Shown one piece after another: positions 1-10,119 of a DNA stretch of 64,000 bases. The DNA is from a virus (lineage: Duplodnaviria > Caudoviricetes). Made by a program: the position numbers and the translations under genes. Below the pieces are notes generated by a model. That model had not been told where the DNA came from. It saw only the letters and a list, made by a program, of their open reading frames with translations, and ran no database searches. The stretch's first letter is position 1, and every line of letters starts with the position of its first letter. The stretch covers positions 1 through 64,000 of IMG/VR virus record IMGVR_UViG_3300033067_000833. The stretch is one strand, 5' to 3'.

Positions 1-19
1 AACTGCTCAAGCAGCCGCT

Positions 20-355
20 CTAGCTCTCGCTGGCCAGCGGCTGCGTCGGCTGGTTTTTTGATCGGCTCTCACACAGCCCTTTCAGGACCGTCGTGATCTC
101 CCGCAGGATCTCGCTGTGCTGCCGGTGTTCATCGCTCACCTGACCGCGAAACTCTCGCCAGTCTTTTACGAGCCCCTCCATCGTGATCGCATTCACTCGC
201 TCGGCCTCGGCCTTGGCCGTCACCCAGGCCCCTCCGTACCACCACATGAACGCCAGTCCGAACAGGACGATACAGACGGCCAATCCGTAGCCTTTCATCG
301 CGTCGCGCAACTCGTCCATCCACCAGGGGCTATCTGATCTTCGCGGCGTCATCAT
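20..355 (-). CDS. small membrane protein, holin-like candidate
   Basis: One hydrophobic helix (GLAVCIVLFGLAFMWWYGG) followed by a short coiled segment; at the end of the late minus-strand operon. Confidence 0.4.
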   Translation of the reverse strand: MMTPRRSDSPWWMDELRDAMKGYGLAVCIVLFGLAFMWWYGGAWVTAKAEAERVNAITMEGLVKDWREFRGQVSDEHRQHSEILREITTVLKGLCESRSKNQPTQPLASES

Positions 356-749
356 CTCATGTCGCTCTCTCTAGCGGATCGTCCGCAGTGGGTCGCGTTT
401 CGTTGCCCATCCGCACTGGATGGCTCTGGGTATCGTTGTCACCGTGCCGTCCGGCAGCGTGTATCGTGGTTGTCGCGGCGTCAGTACGGCCTGCGTGTAC
501 CGGACGAATTGGACGGGCGGTGATTGCGGTGGAAGGATCACGATTGCAGCTCCGGTAAATCAACGTCCTCGTGCTCCGTCACATTGACATCGGCCCCGAG
601 ATGCAACGCCCGCGCGACCACAGCCGCGTCCTGTGCCCGACGAAACTGGATCGCCGCGTGGATGTCGTGCGTCCATTGCCACATGTCCGCCGCCGCGCTG
701 AACCATACCGGGCCAGTCATCTCGGATTCAATCGCGAAGTAGGTTGATC

Positions 750-1409
750 TCATCTCAGCACCTCCGTGATTCCACCGGCTCGGTACAGGTCGATGCCACC
801 GGACTGGATGCGTCCGAGCAACTGGCTGTCGAGTTCGTTTGAGATGACTCGGCTGGCGATGCGGGAGACAAGGCGGCAGTTCTTCCCGATCTCGGAATCG
901 CCCGTAGCCACTCCCGTAATTCGCGTTCCGTCAACTCCCTCCACTGCGTGAACGACCAGACGAACATGGTAGAGTTCTCCACGCGGCCCAATCGAGCCGT
1001 AAACGTCGGTTACAAGGGATACACGGCCAGCTTGGACGCGCGTGGTCCGCCTGATGTTGTAACCACGTACCCGAAGTCGATAGGAATAATCGACGGCTCC
1101 GCTGTCACTCCGTCCGCCGTCCGCGTCACGTCGTAGAGCGTATCCTGAGACTCGGTATGCGGCAGCGGCCCAGGCGAGGACGCCGGTTCGCGGCTGGCCG
1201 TCGATGCGAAGCCTAATATCTTCCGCTTCCACGGCGGCATAGACTCTAGCGCCTGACCAATCCGCTGCATGTGTTCGTCGAGCCAAGACATCGCTCACAC
1301 CTCCCGCAACCACCTGCACCACAATCTGCTCAATGCTTGGCTCCACGGTGATCGTCCTGCTAGCCGAACCGCACGCGCCGATCAGAAGTAGAGCCGCCGC
1401 TACGTTCAT
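750..1409 (-). CDS. putative lipoprotein / secreted protein
   Basis: Start MNVAAALLLIGAC looks like a signal peptide ending in Cys; in the lysis-like cluster. Confidence 0.4.
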   Translation of the reverse strand: MNVAAALLLIGACGSASRTITVEPSIEQIVVQVVAGGVSDVLARRTHAADWSGARVYAAVEAEDIRLRIDGQPRTGVLAWAAAAYRVSGYALRRDADGGRSDSGAVDYSYRLRVRGYNIRRTTRVQAGRVSLVTDVYGSIGPRGELYHVRLVVHAVEGVDGTRITGVATGDSEIGKNCRLVSRIASRVISNELDSQLLGRIQSGGIDLYRAGGITEVLR

Positions 1410-1929
1410 CGCTTCCACGCCGCCCTGTGATACTCGTTCACATCCCTGATTTCGTTCATTCTTGCCGCGTGATTCATTGACTCCCATTGTTCAGCCGACT
1501 TTTCCGCCGTCGGCTCGTTCAGCACGCCACGCGAACTCATGTTGATGCAGCCGTGAATCACCGAATACCCGTGCTCGTCCGCAATCATCGTCGGCGTCTG
1601 GCCACAGATTTCGCACGGGACTAGGTTAGTGTGGATAATCGTCATCGTCGCTCTAGTTCTCGCTCCAATTGGTCTACGTGCCGTTCCGCCTCCTGGGCAC
1701 GCCTCAGCAACGCGATTACGAGCGATCCGGAGTCAAATAGTTCCTCGATATCGGCGTCCGTGTACTCGCGATCAACGAATTTACCAGTAGTCGCAGGAAT
1801 CCACTCACGGACAGTCGTAGCTCTCACTTCCGCCACCTCCGATTTGCGCACCGAGTCACGCCGTTCATGCACCAGCCGAGCAACCATCCGGCGACAAACA
1901 GCCAGGCTTCCTGTTCGGTAATCATCCAC
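1406..1929 (-). CDS. two small coupled hypothetical proteins (1406-1645 and 1642-1929)
   Basis: ORFs with overlapping stop/start codons, in series with neighbours. Confidence 0.5.
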
Positions 1930-3330
1930 TCACCAGTCGTTCACTCCCGCCTGCTGCTTGATATCCTCGATCGTCTCGCTAAACCGCTCAGCCTCGTCGA
2001 TCATGGACGATCGTGGACCAACCTGCATCGCCGGAAGCTCTCTGGCCATCAACACCGGGATCTCATCACGCAGCACAGGCAGGTACACGAATCCACTGTA
2101 GAACCGGCTATCGTACCCGATGGACTTCCCGAGGTCGCCCCAGTCGTCGCCCCAACTGTTCTCGTACCACCACGACTTGCCCGTGTAGCCAACCGCGTTG
2201 ATCGAATGGCTCGACCGGCCGATCTGCCGGTTCAGTCTCGCGTCCATGCCGACACGGAACCCGGCCTCCTCGTCATCAACGCTGTAGACGATCGCCTTCC
2301 ACTTGCGGCCGGTCGTTTCCCAGCCGGTTGGCAGCTTGTTCGAGAACCCGGTGTCCTGCGAGAACTCATGAGGATAGCCCTGGCCGACAACCGGTAGGAT
2401 GCCACGACCGAAGATTTCCTCGGCGGCGTCGGGGATGTAAGCACCGCTGTTCGGGGACCGGCCGATCCGCACGTACATCGACATCCCAGAGATGCGCCGG
2501 AAGAACAAGTCGCCGGCCATCATGTACTCGCCAAGCTCCACCCCATTCGCACAGGCATGGCCGACGCACGACCCCATCGTCTGTTCGGTGATGTTGCGGA
2601 TCGACTTGGCCAGACGTGTCACCGGGAAGCGTGCAACCCATGCGGCCCACTCAGACTTCGGGATCGGCTGAAAGCCGGGCAGTGTCCGCACGTTGGCCGC
2701 TGCTGCGATTGCTTGGGCCTTCAGAGCGGCCGGAAGCTCCAGGGCTCCCAGAAGCTGGCCCTGCTGCTGCGTGAAGTCCACGTCGAGCCAGGGTGCCTCA
2801 TTGGCCGGCTCTGCGGCGAACGCGACCTTCGGGACTCCGACCCAGCCCAGCACCGCGTCATCATCTAGCGGCCCCTGTCGCAGAATCCTCGGAGTCGTCT
2901 TGGTTGGGACGACATGGAACACCCAGCCACGGGTCTGGTCCTTGACCAACGCCCGGTAGCGTTCGGCCGCGTGGACCTGCATCCGCTCGTCGGGCGTTCC
3001 CGGCAGCAGGCGGATATACGGGATCGGGCTCTTGATCGCGTCCAGGCTCTCGCGGATCGTCAGGTCAGCGTCGGATTCATCGAGCGTGCAAGACCACGGG
3101 CGGACGCAGATCAACTGGCCCGGCCCGGTCGGCTGATCGTTCACGGGCGGCGTCGGCGGCGTGTTCGGTTCCATGATCGTCACGGAATCAAACACCCCGA
3201 CCAGCTCCATCGAGCCGTCGCTCGTCTTGACCGCGACGTTGGCCCCGCCCTGGAGTTTGAAGATCATCAGATCGTCGGCGTGAGCGAACGAGCAGGTGAT
3301 TGCAAGGGCTGTCGTGAGAATCCACCGCAT
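1930..3330 (-). CDS. secreted papain-like (C1 family) cysteine peptidase
   Basis: Signal peptide MRWILTTALAITCSFAHA; QTMGSCVGHA (Gln and catalytic Cys), SHSINAVGY (His), WYENSWG (Asn). Confidence 0.85.
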   Translation of the reverse strand: MRWILTTALAITCSFAHADDLMIFKLQGGANVAVKTSDGSMELVGVFDSVTIMEPNTPPTPPVNDQPTGPGQLICVRPWSCTLDESDADLTIRESLDAIKSPIPYIRLLPGTPDERMQVHAAERYRALVKDQTRGWVFHVVPTKTTPRILRQGPLDDDAVLGWVGVPKVAFAAEPANEAPWLDVDFTQQQGQLLGALELPAALKAQAIAAAANVRTLPGFQPIPKSEWAAWVARFPVTRLAKSIRNITEQTMGSCVGHACANGVELGEYMMAGDLFFRRISGMSMYVRIGRSPNSGAYIPDAAEEIFGRGILPVVGQGYPHEFSQDTGFSNKLPTGWETTGRKWKAIVYSVDDEEAGFRVGMDARLNRQIGRSSHSINAVGYTGKSWWYENSWGDDWGDLGKSIGYDSRFYSGFVYLPVLRDEIPVLMARELPAMQVGPRSSMIDEAERFSETIEDIKQQAGVNDW

Positions 3331-3467
3331 ATTACTTCATCTCCTGCATTCGCTTTCGATAGTCAGCAATTCCCCAGTGAACACCAAACAGGACTCCGAG
3401 TAAAAACCCAGAGAACATTACCGGAGCGACAAGCAATAGGTAGGCGGCATACGACATTGTTCACCTC

Positions 3468-4079
3468 CTAGCTGATGATAAGGGGCAAGAGCTTCAGGAA
3501 CAGTTCCATCAGGAACGCCATGAACTTGTCCCAGTCAAATCCGTACCGTTCGGCCGCTGCCTGAAGATCGCCGGATGCCGGCACGGTGGCGAGTACGGCG
3601 TCGGCTGCTGTCGTAAACGCAGCGGCGGTCGCCTCGGGCGTCCCGGCTTTACCGACTTCCGCGTTGACCACTGAGAATACCTGGACCCAAGCTGCCTTCT
3701 CGGAACCGAGCGCGATAGGGCAGATTAGCTCGGCTGCTGCCACCGCTGATGTGGGGTGAATTTTTCCGTCCTTGACTTGGCCGGCGAGCATCTGGTACGT
3801 GGCGGTCAGCTTCATTGCCGCTTGGTGCCGCTTGTCGCTCACTGCGATCTGATTCACCGCCGCCGTCACGGCCTGGGCGAACGGCGTGCTCGGAGGGACC
3901 ACCGGGTCATCGGGACCAGGAGGAACAACCGGGCCACCGGGCGGGAACGACACAATCTGGCTGCCACTCACGATGTAATACCCGGCGTCCAGCTTCCAGA
4001 CCGTGATCTGCTGGGGTTCAGAGGCGGTCGCGGCGGTCACAACCAATGCAACCATCAAACACACAACCTTCGTCAACAT
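3468..4079 (-). CDS. secreted Pro-rich hypothetical protein
   Basis: Signal peptide MLTKVVCLMVALVVTAATA, PPGGPVVPPGPDDPVVPP linker, amphipathic C-terminal helix. Confidence 0.6.
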   Translation of the reverse strand: MLTKVVCLMVALVVTAATASEPQQITVWKLDAGYYIVSGSQIVSFPPGGPVVPPGPDDPVVPPSTPFAQAVTAAVNQIAVSDKRHQAAMKLTATYQMLAGQVKDGKIHPTSAVAAAELICPIALGSEKAAWVQVFSVVNAEVGKAGTPEATAAAFTTAADAVLATVPASGDLQAAAERYGFDWDKFMAFLMELFLKLLPLIIS

Positions 4080-4093
4080 AGTTTGGCCCTCAC

Positions 4094-4591
4094 TCACGAA
4101 GTGCTATCTGTCCTTGGTTCAAGCACAAACACCCGCACCACAAGTGCGGTGATCTCGAACCGTTCTGTCCTGTCGTCGTCATCGTCTACTTTGAACTCTG
4201 CCGGCGTCACCTTGCATGGTCCCCAGCAGTTGAACCCAGCGTCTTGGATTTCGTAGGTGTCGAAGTCGATTCGATGGTCGTGGAATTTGCGGCGAACAGC
4301 TTGTCGCCAGTCCATGACTTTCTCAGGATCGTCGTTCCATTCCGCAAACGTCCCGTGTACGACCGTGACTTGACACCCGTAACCTACGACCTGCCGCTCG
4401 TTGGTCTTGCTCGGCATGGACTCCCAGTCGCCATTCCCTCGCGTCGGGGGCGTGAGATACACTCCAGGCCGAATCTGGATCGGACTCAATGGCTTGGTCT
4501 GCAGTTGGATGTCGCGCACGTCATCGAGAGCCAGTTCCTCGATGCGGCGCTTAACCGCTTGCAGAATTTGAAACCCAATGTTCGTGCTCAT
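4094..4591 (-). CDS. virion completion / tail-terminator-like protein
   Basis: Position downstream of the adaptor; start overlaps the upstream stop; size typical of neck proteins. Confidence 0.4.
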   Translation of the reverse strand: MSTNIGFQILQAVKRRIEELALDDVRDIQLQTKPLSPIQIRPGVYLTPPTRGNGDWESMPSKTNERQVVGYGCQVTVVHGTFAEWNDDPEKVMDWRQAVRRKFHDHRIDFDTYEIQDAGFNCWGPCKVTPAEFKVDDDDDRTERFEITALVVRVFVLEPRTDSTS

Positions 4592-5826
4592 ACGGCGTCC
4601 ATGTTCGTCACCACCGTTCCGCTCAACCACGGATAGCGGCGGTTAAATGGCGAATGCCCGGGGGACACTTGTCGCTGGTCGGCGCCGGTCGCGTCGAGAA
4701 ATGCCTCGACAACCAACTCCTTCAGTTCCCCGCGGTTCTTCACGTCGTTCGTCAGCACGCCAAGATGGTACGTTGCCAGCCGCTGGAAATACGTCCCCAT
4801 GACTGGCCAGTCAATGTCGATCGGATCGCTGAGCGTGTACCGGCATGTGGACTTGCTCACATCCGAGGCGGCGTCCAAAACCATCGTGTCGGCGTCGGTG
4901 CGGCTGGCGACAATCCTGGTCAGCGCGGCTGGGTTGTCGATGCCATCATGACTTCCAACCGGGCTGGTAGGCTTCTCGGTCGCGGTACTGCTCAATCGAA
5001 ACACGCACCCGACGTGATCCGCGGTCCATGTCGTTCCGGTGCCCTCCAGCGCCGTGCTTCCGCTGACGACCGTCGCCGTCCCTGTTGCGTACTCCGTCAC
5101 CCGCAGCGGCCGGGGCCGGCGAATGTACTGGAACCCATACGACCGCACGTCGGCCGGAGGCTCGCCAAACCAGAGACTCTGCAGGCCCGTCCGGCGGTCC
5201 TGGTGCATCGTGTAGCAGCCCGGGTTTGTGACCGTCGTCGTACCCCACCAACGCGACAGCCCGAAGAATTGCTCGGGTTCCATGTACCGTAGGCCAGGGA
5301 TGCCCCAGCCGTCCGTCTCGTCGAGCGGATCCGCCATCTTTTGAAAGTCGAGCGGCAGTGGGTATGCCGATCGCCACCACTTGTACGACGTGCCGGCGGC
5401 GATGTCGATGCCGGGATTCTGGTCCTCCGACAGCGTGATTACCGTGTCGCTCTTGCGGGCCTCGACGGGGTAGGCCCCGTAGCCGCTGAGCTTCAATTCT
5501 CCGTAGGCGGCGTTCGCGGGCCAGGTGCCACTGGCCAACGTCAGCATGCGTTCGTAGGTGCCTCCCGTGTGATCGTAAGTGATCGTTCCGGTGTCATAGT
5601 CCGCGTCCGTGTGGAGCGTGTACGCGGCCCGGTAGAACCTCCAGTTATGGGCTTGTGCAAGCTCTCGGTACGCATTGTCCACCGCCCGCTTGCACATTCG
5701 CATGTCCCGCGCGCTGGCAGTCGTCCGTCCGTAAAAGTCCAGCAGCCACTCCACGGCGTCCTGGTAGGTCCAGAAATCCGGGCTGAGCGACTTCTCAGGG
5801 ATGCGTGGCGTGTAGGCGATGGGCAT
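4588..5826 (-). CDS. head-tail adaptor / tail tubular-like protein
   Basis: TYQDAVEWLLDF...AVDNAYRELAQAHNWRFY pattern typical of phage adaptors; downstream of portal. Confidence 0.6.
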   Translation of the reverse strand: MPIAYTPRIPEKSLSPDFWTYQDAVEWLLDFYGRTTASARDMRMCKRAVDNAYRELAQAHNWRFYRAAYTLHTDADYDTGTITYDHTGGTYERMLTLASGTWPANAAYGELKLSGYGAYPVEARKSDTVITLSEDQNPGIDIAAGTSYKWWRSAYPLPLDFQKMADPLDETDGWGIPGLRYMEPEQFFGLSRWWGTTTVTNPGCYTMHQDRRTGLQSLWFGEPPADVRSYGFQYIRRPRPLRVTEYATGTATVVSGSTALEGTGTTWTADHVGCVFRLSSTATEKPTSPVGSHDGIDNPAALTRIVASRTDADTMVLDAASDVSKSTCRYTLSDPIDIDWPVMGTYFQRLATYHLGVLTNDVKNRGELKELVVEAFLDATGADQRQVSPGHSPFNRRYPWLSGTVVTNMDAV

Positions 5827-5832
5827 GGCTCA

Positions 5833-6261
5833 TCAGGTTCCGGTTGCGGACGGTGTTCTGGAAGGCGTTCCGGACGGCGTGTTGCTGGCCGTCGCGCTAG
5901 GGCTTTGCGTCGATGACGGGCTCGGGCTCGGCGTGTGCGACGTGGTGGCGCTGGGCGTGCTGCTGCGAACGGTAATGGCGTTGATCAGCGTCACCAGTTC
6001 ATTCCCGATCGTGTCGTCGCCCAAGGCGCGGTGAATCCGGTCCCGCAATGCCACCGACACGGCGACCTCGCTGTTTTCCAGGGCGGCAATCAGCTCTACG
6101 GCCAGCGTGTCGTCAGCGAGCCAGTTGCGGATCTTGGCTTCCATGCCGGCACTGACGGCGCTCAGAGTCGTCGTGTCGAGAATCGTCTCGAACTCAGTGT
6201 CCCATGTTTCGCCCAAGGCGAGCAACATGGCCTGCCGAAGTTTCGTGCTCATCGTGGCCAT
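5833..6261 (-). CDS. Ser/Thr/Pro-tailed virion protein, short paralog
   Basis: N-terminus MATMSTKLRQAMLLALG is similar to the next gene; tail of PSATxSxT repeats. Confidence 0.7.
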   Translation of the reverse strand: MATMSTKLRQAMLLALGETWDTEFETILDTTTLSAVSAGMEAKIRNWLADDTLAVELIAALENSEVAVSVALRDRIHRALGDDTIGNELVTLINAITVRSSTPSATTSHTPSPSPSSTQSPSATASNTPSGTPSRTPSATGT

Positions 6262-6264
6262 ACG

Positions 6265-7137
6265 TTACACTCCTGTCGCGGACGGCGTATTGGACACCGT
6301 GTTGGAAGGCGTCGCCGACGCGGTGCGGCTCGGCGTGGCGCTGGGGGTATTCGAGGTCGTGGCGGACGGTGTGTTGGACACCGTGTTCGATGGCGTAGCG
6401 GACGGACTTGGCGTGGCCGATGGCGTCCCAGATGCGGACGTGCTCGGTGTCGAGGACTCGGTTCCGGACGGGCTTGGAGACGGCGTATTGGAAACCGTCG
6501 CCGAGGGGCTTTGGGTCGCGCTGGGGGTATTGGAAACCGTGGCACTCGGAGTGGCACTGGGCGTCCGAGACGGGGTGGCCGATGGCGTGGAACTGACGGT
6601 CGCACTCGGGGTGGCCGACGGTGTCCGGGATGGAGTGGCGGACGGCGTGTTCGAGGTCGTGTTGCTGGGCGTCCCGGAAGGCGTCCGAGAAGGAGTCGAG
6701 GACACTGTCGCGGAGGCCGTGGCCGATGGCGTGGAGCTTGGCGTGTGCGAGTACGTGGCACTTGGAGTCCGAGACGGGGTGGCCGAAGGAGACGGCGTGG
6801 CCGATGCCGACCGCGATGCCGTTGCAGACGGCGACGACGAAGCCCCGAGCATGTTGTTCATCAGGTTCGCCAGTTCCGTTCCGATGGACCTGTCGGCCGT
6901 CGCGGCCCACAGATGGTCGATCAGGCCCTGCGTGCAAGTGCCGAGGTTGCCTTCCAGAATGGCGATCATTTCCGCGGCGAACGTTTGATTTGCAAGCCAG
7001 AACCGAATCTTCTGTTCGAGCGAAGCACTCATCGCCGTTGGTGACGTGCTGTCCAGCAGGGCTTCCAGTTCGACGCCGTGCGTGTACCCGAAAGCAACCA
7101 CCAGCGTATCCCGAAGTTTCCGTGACATCGTAGCCAT
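6265..7137 (-). CDS. Ser/Thr/Pro-tailed virion protein, long paralog
   Basis: N-terminus MATMSRKLRDTLVVAFG; about 150 aa of 8-residue PSAT(P/V/A)S(R/N/A)T repeats. Confidence 0.75.
   Translation of the reverse strand: MATMSRKLRDTLVVAFGYTHGVELEALLDSTSPTAMSASLEQKIRFWLANQTFAAEMIAILEGNLGTCTQGLIDHLWAATADRSIGTELANLMNNMLGASSSPSATASRSASATPSPSATPSRTPSATYSHTPSSTPSATASATVSSTPSRTPSGTPSNTTSNTPSATPSRTPSATPSATVSSTPSATPSRTPSATPSATVSNTPSATQSPSATVSNTPSPSPSGTESSTPSTSASGTPSATPSPSATPSNTVSNTPSATTSNTPSATPSRTASATPSNTVSNTPSATGV
6270..6850 (-). repeat. degenerate 24-bp coding tandem repeat (PSATxSxT units)
   Basis: Recurring ggtggccgatggcgt / ggcggacggcgt units on the plus strand. Confidence 0.8.
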
Positions 7138-7143
7138 GCGCGC

Positions 7144-7737
7144 TTACTCCTGAAGCTGAAGTTCCTCACCGCGGAAGGCGTGCTTCCGGATGATCTGGTT
7201 CCTGATCTTGCGTTTTTCCTTCGGAGGCGCACGGCGTAGTTCGGGATGCTCCTCGCACAGGTTGTCAAATTTCTCTTGGATGTAATCCTCCCGCAGCGGA
7301 ACGGCGGGCTTGCGGGCTTGTTGCTCCTGGTGTTCCAGCAGCTTGGCATGGGCGCGCTTGATCTGCTCGCGCGGGCTCCCGTGCCCGCTGATCACCGCGT
7401 CCGGATCGCCGGGGAACTTGGCGAGCCAGGGAATGTAGTCGTCGTTCCGACCGAGCGGGCGGCCGTGCTTGGCGCAGTTCTCGGACACCTTGGCCGTCAG
7501 CTTGGCGTCGTACTCTTGCCAGAACGGCGTGTTCTTTCCCCACCATTGATCGTCCGTGCGGCACTCAGGGGCTTGCTGGCATGCGAACATCAAGGCCATC
7601 TTGGGCGACGTACCACGCAATCGCGATGCCAGGTAGATTTCCGTGCGGCGCCGACTGACCAGGATCTGGTACGTCAGTTCGTCTCCGAACCGATCATAGG
7701 CGGCCTCGAATTGGCTGGTGCTGATCACGCTCGTCAT
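7144..7737 (-). CDS. phage hypothetical protein downstream of portal
   Basis: In series with portal; YIPWLAKFPGDPDAVIS segment. Confidence 0.6.
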   Translation of the reverse strand: MTSVISTSQFEAAYDRFGDELTYQILVSRRRTEIYLASRLRGTSPKMALMFACQQAPECRTDDQWWGKNTPFWQEYDAKLTAKVSENCAKHGRPLGRNDDYIPWLAKFPGDPDAVISGHGSPREQIKRAHAKLLEHQEQQARKPAVPLREDYIQEKFDNLCEEHPELRRAPPKEKRKIRNQIIRKHAFRGEELQLQE

Positions 7738-10109
7738 CGTTTCGCTCCCGCCGAAGGTTTCGGCTTCTGCTTGGCCTGCTGGGCTTTGATCTTGCCCATG
7801 TCCTGGGTGGCCTTGATCTTCATCTGGCTTGTCAAAGCTCCCTCTCGGAGCTTCATGCCCATTTGGGCGGCGGCCCCAGTCAAGTTGATTTCTTTCTGAC
7901 GAGCATCCAAGTCGAGCCCGGTCGCCGTTTTTTCCAGTTCCATCTGGGCTTTGGCCGCTTCCGTTTCCAGCTTCATGCGAGCCAGTTGGGCTTGCAGCAT
8001 GGAATCAACGACCTTGGCCTGCGTGTCGATGTTCGCGATTTCCCGCTTGGATTGAACATCCAGCACCTTGCCGGCGGCATTCAGTTCTGCGAGCTGCGCC
8101 TTGCTCTGGATGTCCATCTGCTTCCCGGCCAGATCCATTTGCTTGCCTTGGGCCTCGGCCTGGAGCTTCGCCATTTCCAGTTCCTGGGCCTGCTGCTGGG
8201 CCGCGGCCGCGGCTTCGTCCGGCGGCGCCGGCTGGATCATCAGCCGCTCGTAGTCGGTCATGTCGAGGTATTCGCACCACTTCGCGACCATCGCATTCCA
8301 CGGCTCGAAGTCCCCGCTGGCCATCGCGTACTGCTGGAATCCTTGGCCCAGTGTCTGCATGGCCTGCTGCCAGTTGCTCCGGTCCCGGTCCCGGTCGGGC
8401 CGGCGGATGCTGCTGGCGGCAACCTCGTAGATCATTTCCCGCACGATCTGCTCGGGCGGGGTTGTCGCGACGAACATGTCCCAGAGCAAGCCGGCGGTCT
8501 GTCCACCAAGAGGTGCCAGGTCTTGGCCCTGCACAAACCACCTTGCGCAGAATGACTCAAGCGCCCCAAGTCGAGACTGGCACTCGCTGATTCGCTTCTG
8601 CAGGAATTGGATGCGGACGCCTGCCGCGCGTGCTCTTGTTGCAGTCTCCTCCGCACTGCGGTCATTGGACTCGCTTCCTTTCTGGCCGTAGATGAATGGC
8701 GTCAAGCCGGTCGCCAAGGCGAAGTATTCGTTCGCCATTTCAACGACCTTCCACGCATCCATGTTGGTTTGAGGAAACTCCAGGATCTTGATCGCGTTTT
8801 CAATCCGCTCGACGGCAGCCTTGACGGGAATGATCGAGAAGTCGTCGCCGCTGTCGAAGTACTTCTTGTAGTTGTCGATCTGGCCTTCCAGCATCGCGAT
8901 GAAGTTGCGGCTGCTGTTGTAGACCCGGTTGCACAGGAACGGGACCATGACGTTCATGAACTTCAGCCATCCCATCCCGGCGGACAGCGGCGGAATCGGG
9001 TAGGGGCTGTCGGGGTCCATGTAGAAGTCCTGAAGTTCCATCGGCCAGCGACCGTCCGTCCATGTCGGGATCGGCCACTGGAACCGCAACTGAACCTCCT
9101 CGTCGGTCATGCCGGCCCGCATCGCGTCCGGCGGGCAGTTCAGCGGGTAGGGCACGTTGCTGGCGATCGCCAGATAGGTGTACTCGCCGCAGACCTGCTC
9201 CAGCCGCTGCTTCAAACCGTCCGGCATGTCACAGAATCGCGTGCCCGGACCCTGTTTGCTCCAGATTTCGTACCAGACTACCGTGTCATTGGACTCGCTT
9301 TTGCCCCGGTACTGGCTTGTGGTTTCCTCGGCCGGGAAGCTCGACTCGCCGTAGTGCCACGCTGACTCCAGGGAAGCCCGATGCTTCAAGCTGTCCTTGG
9401 GCATTTGGAAGCGCTGCTCGACCACCCAATACTTGTCCTGGTGGCGGAGGGCGATCCAGCCAGCATCCTTGACCATTCGGCAATCGGGGTCGATCAGCAG
9501 GTCGAGCGGATCCTCGCGGAACACTCCTGTCAGCGTCGTGCTTCCGCCGGGGTAGGTGTAGCGGCGAGGGAAGTACACGCCGCGGCCGGTAAGGAACGCA
9601 TCGACGATTCCGATCTGGGCATGCTCGCCAAGACCGCCGTCCGGGACTTCGCGTCCGGTGTAGTTCAGCCAGAGCGTCATCATCTTGGCCGTCACGTCCG
9701 CTCGGGCGAGTTCCATCTGGTCGGCGGCGGCCGTCTGCTGCAGGGCTTGACCCAGCTGCGGGTCTTGCATCAGCATTTGCTCGGTCTCGGGCTCCAAGAT
9801 CCACCGCTTTTTCGGAGTCACCGTGCGGTACGGCACATCCCAAAGCAGGTTCGGGACCATGACGGCGATGGCCTCGAACGTTTTGTTGATCGAGATCGGA
9901 AACTTTGGCACCTTCACGGCCCCGGTCATGAACCGGCCGGCGTAGCGACTGGACCAGAGCGCAGCGCACGAGCGGGCGTAGAAGGTCTTGGCCTCCTCCG
10001 CCTCATCCCGGAACCGCTTGCGGGGCTCAGAGCGGTAAGCCGTTTCCAGCTTGCCGAGCCACGCATGTTGCAGCGGCCGGAAGAACTCGCCTTTGGTCCA
10101 ATCGAACAT
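7734..10109 (-). CDS. portal protein with long Gln/Ala/Lys coiled-coil C-terminus
   Basis: 791 aa, downstream of terminase; size and Q-rich barrel-like tail resemble P22-class portals. Confidence 0.75.
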   Translation of the reverse strand: MFDWTKGEFFRPLQHAWLGKLETAYRSEPRKRFRDEAEEAKTFYARSCAALWSSRYAGRFMTGAVKVPKFPISINKTFEAIAVMVPNLLWDVPYRTVTPKKRWILEPETEQMLMQDPQLGQALQQTAAADQMELARADVTAKMMTLWLNYTGREVPDGGLGEHAQIGIVDAFLTGRGVYFPRRYTYPGGSTTLTGVFREDPLDLLIDPDCRMVKDAGWIALRHQDKYWVVEQRFQMPKDSLKHRASLESAWHYGESSFPAEETTSQYRGKSESNDTVVWYEIWSKQGPGTRFCDMPDGLKQRLEQVCGEYTYLAIASNVPYPLNCPPDAMRAGMTDEEVQLRFQWPIPTWTDGRWPMELQDFYMDPDSPYPIPPLSAGMGWLKFMNVMVPFLCNRVYNSSRNFIAMLEGQIDNYKKYFDSGDDFSIIPVKAAVERIENAIKILEFPQTNMDAWKVVEMANEYFALATGLTPFIYGQKGSESNDRSAEETATRARAAGVRIQFLQKRISECQSRLGALESFCARWFVQGQDLAPLGGQTAGLLWDMFVATTPPEQIVREMIYEVAASSIRRPDRDRDRSNWQQAMQTLGQGFQQYAMASGDFEPWNAMVAKWCEYLDMTDYERLMIQPAPPDEAAAAAQQQAQELEMAKLQAEAQGKQMDLAGKQMDIQSKAQLAELNAAGKVLDVQSKREIANIDTQAKVVDSMLQAQLARMKLETEAAKAQMELEKTATGLDLDARQKEINLTGAAAQMGMKLREGALTSQMKIKATQDMGKIKAQQAKQKPKPSAGAKR

Positions 10110-10119
10110 GACTCACCTT

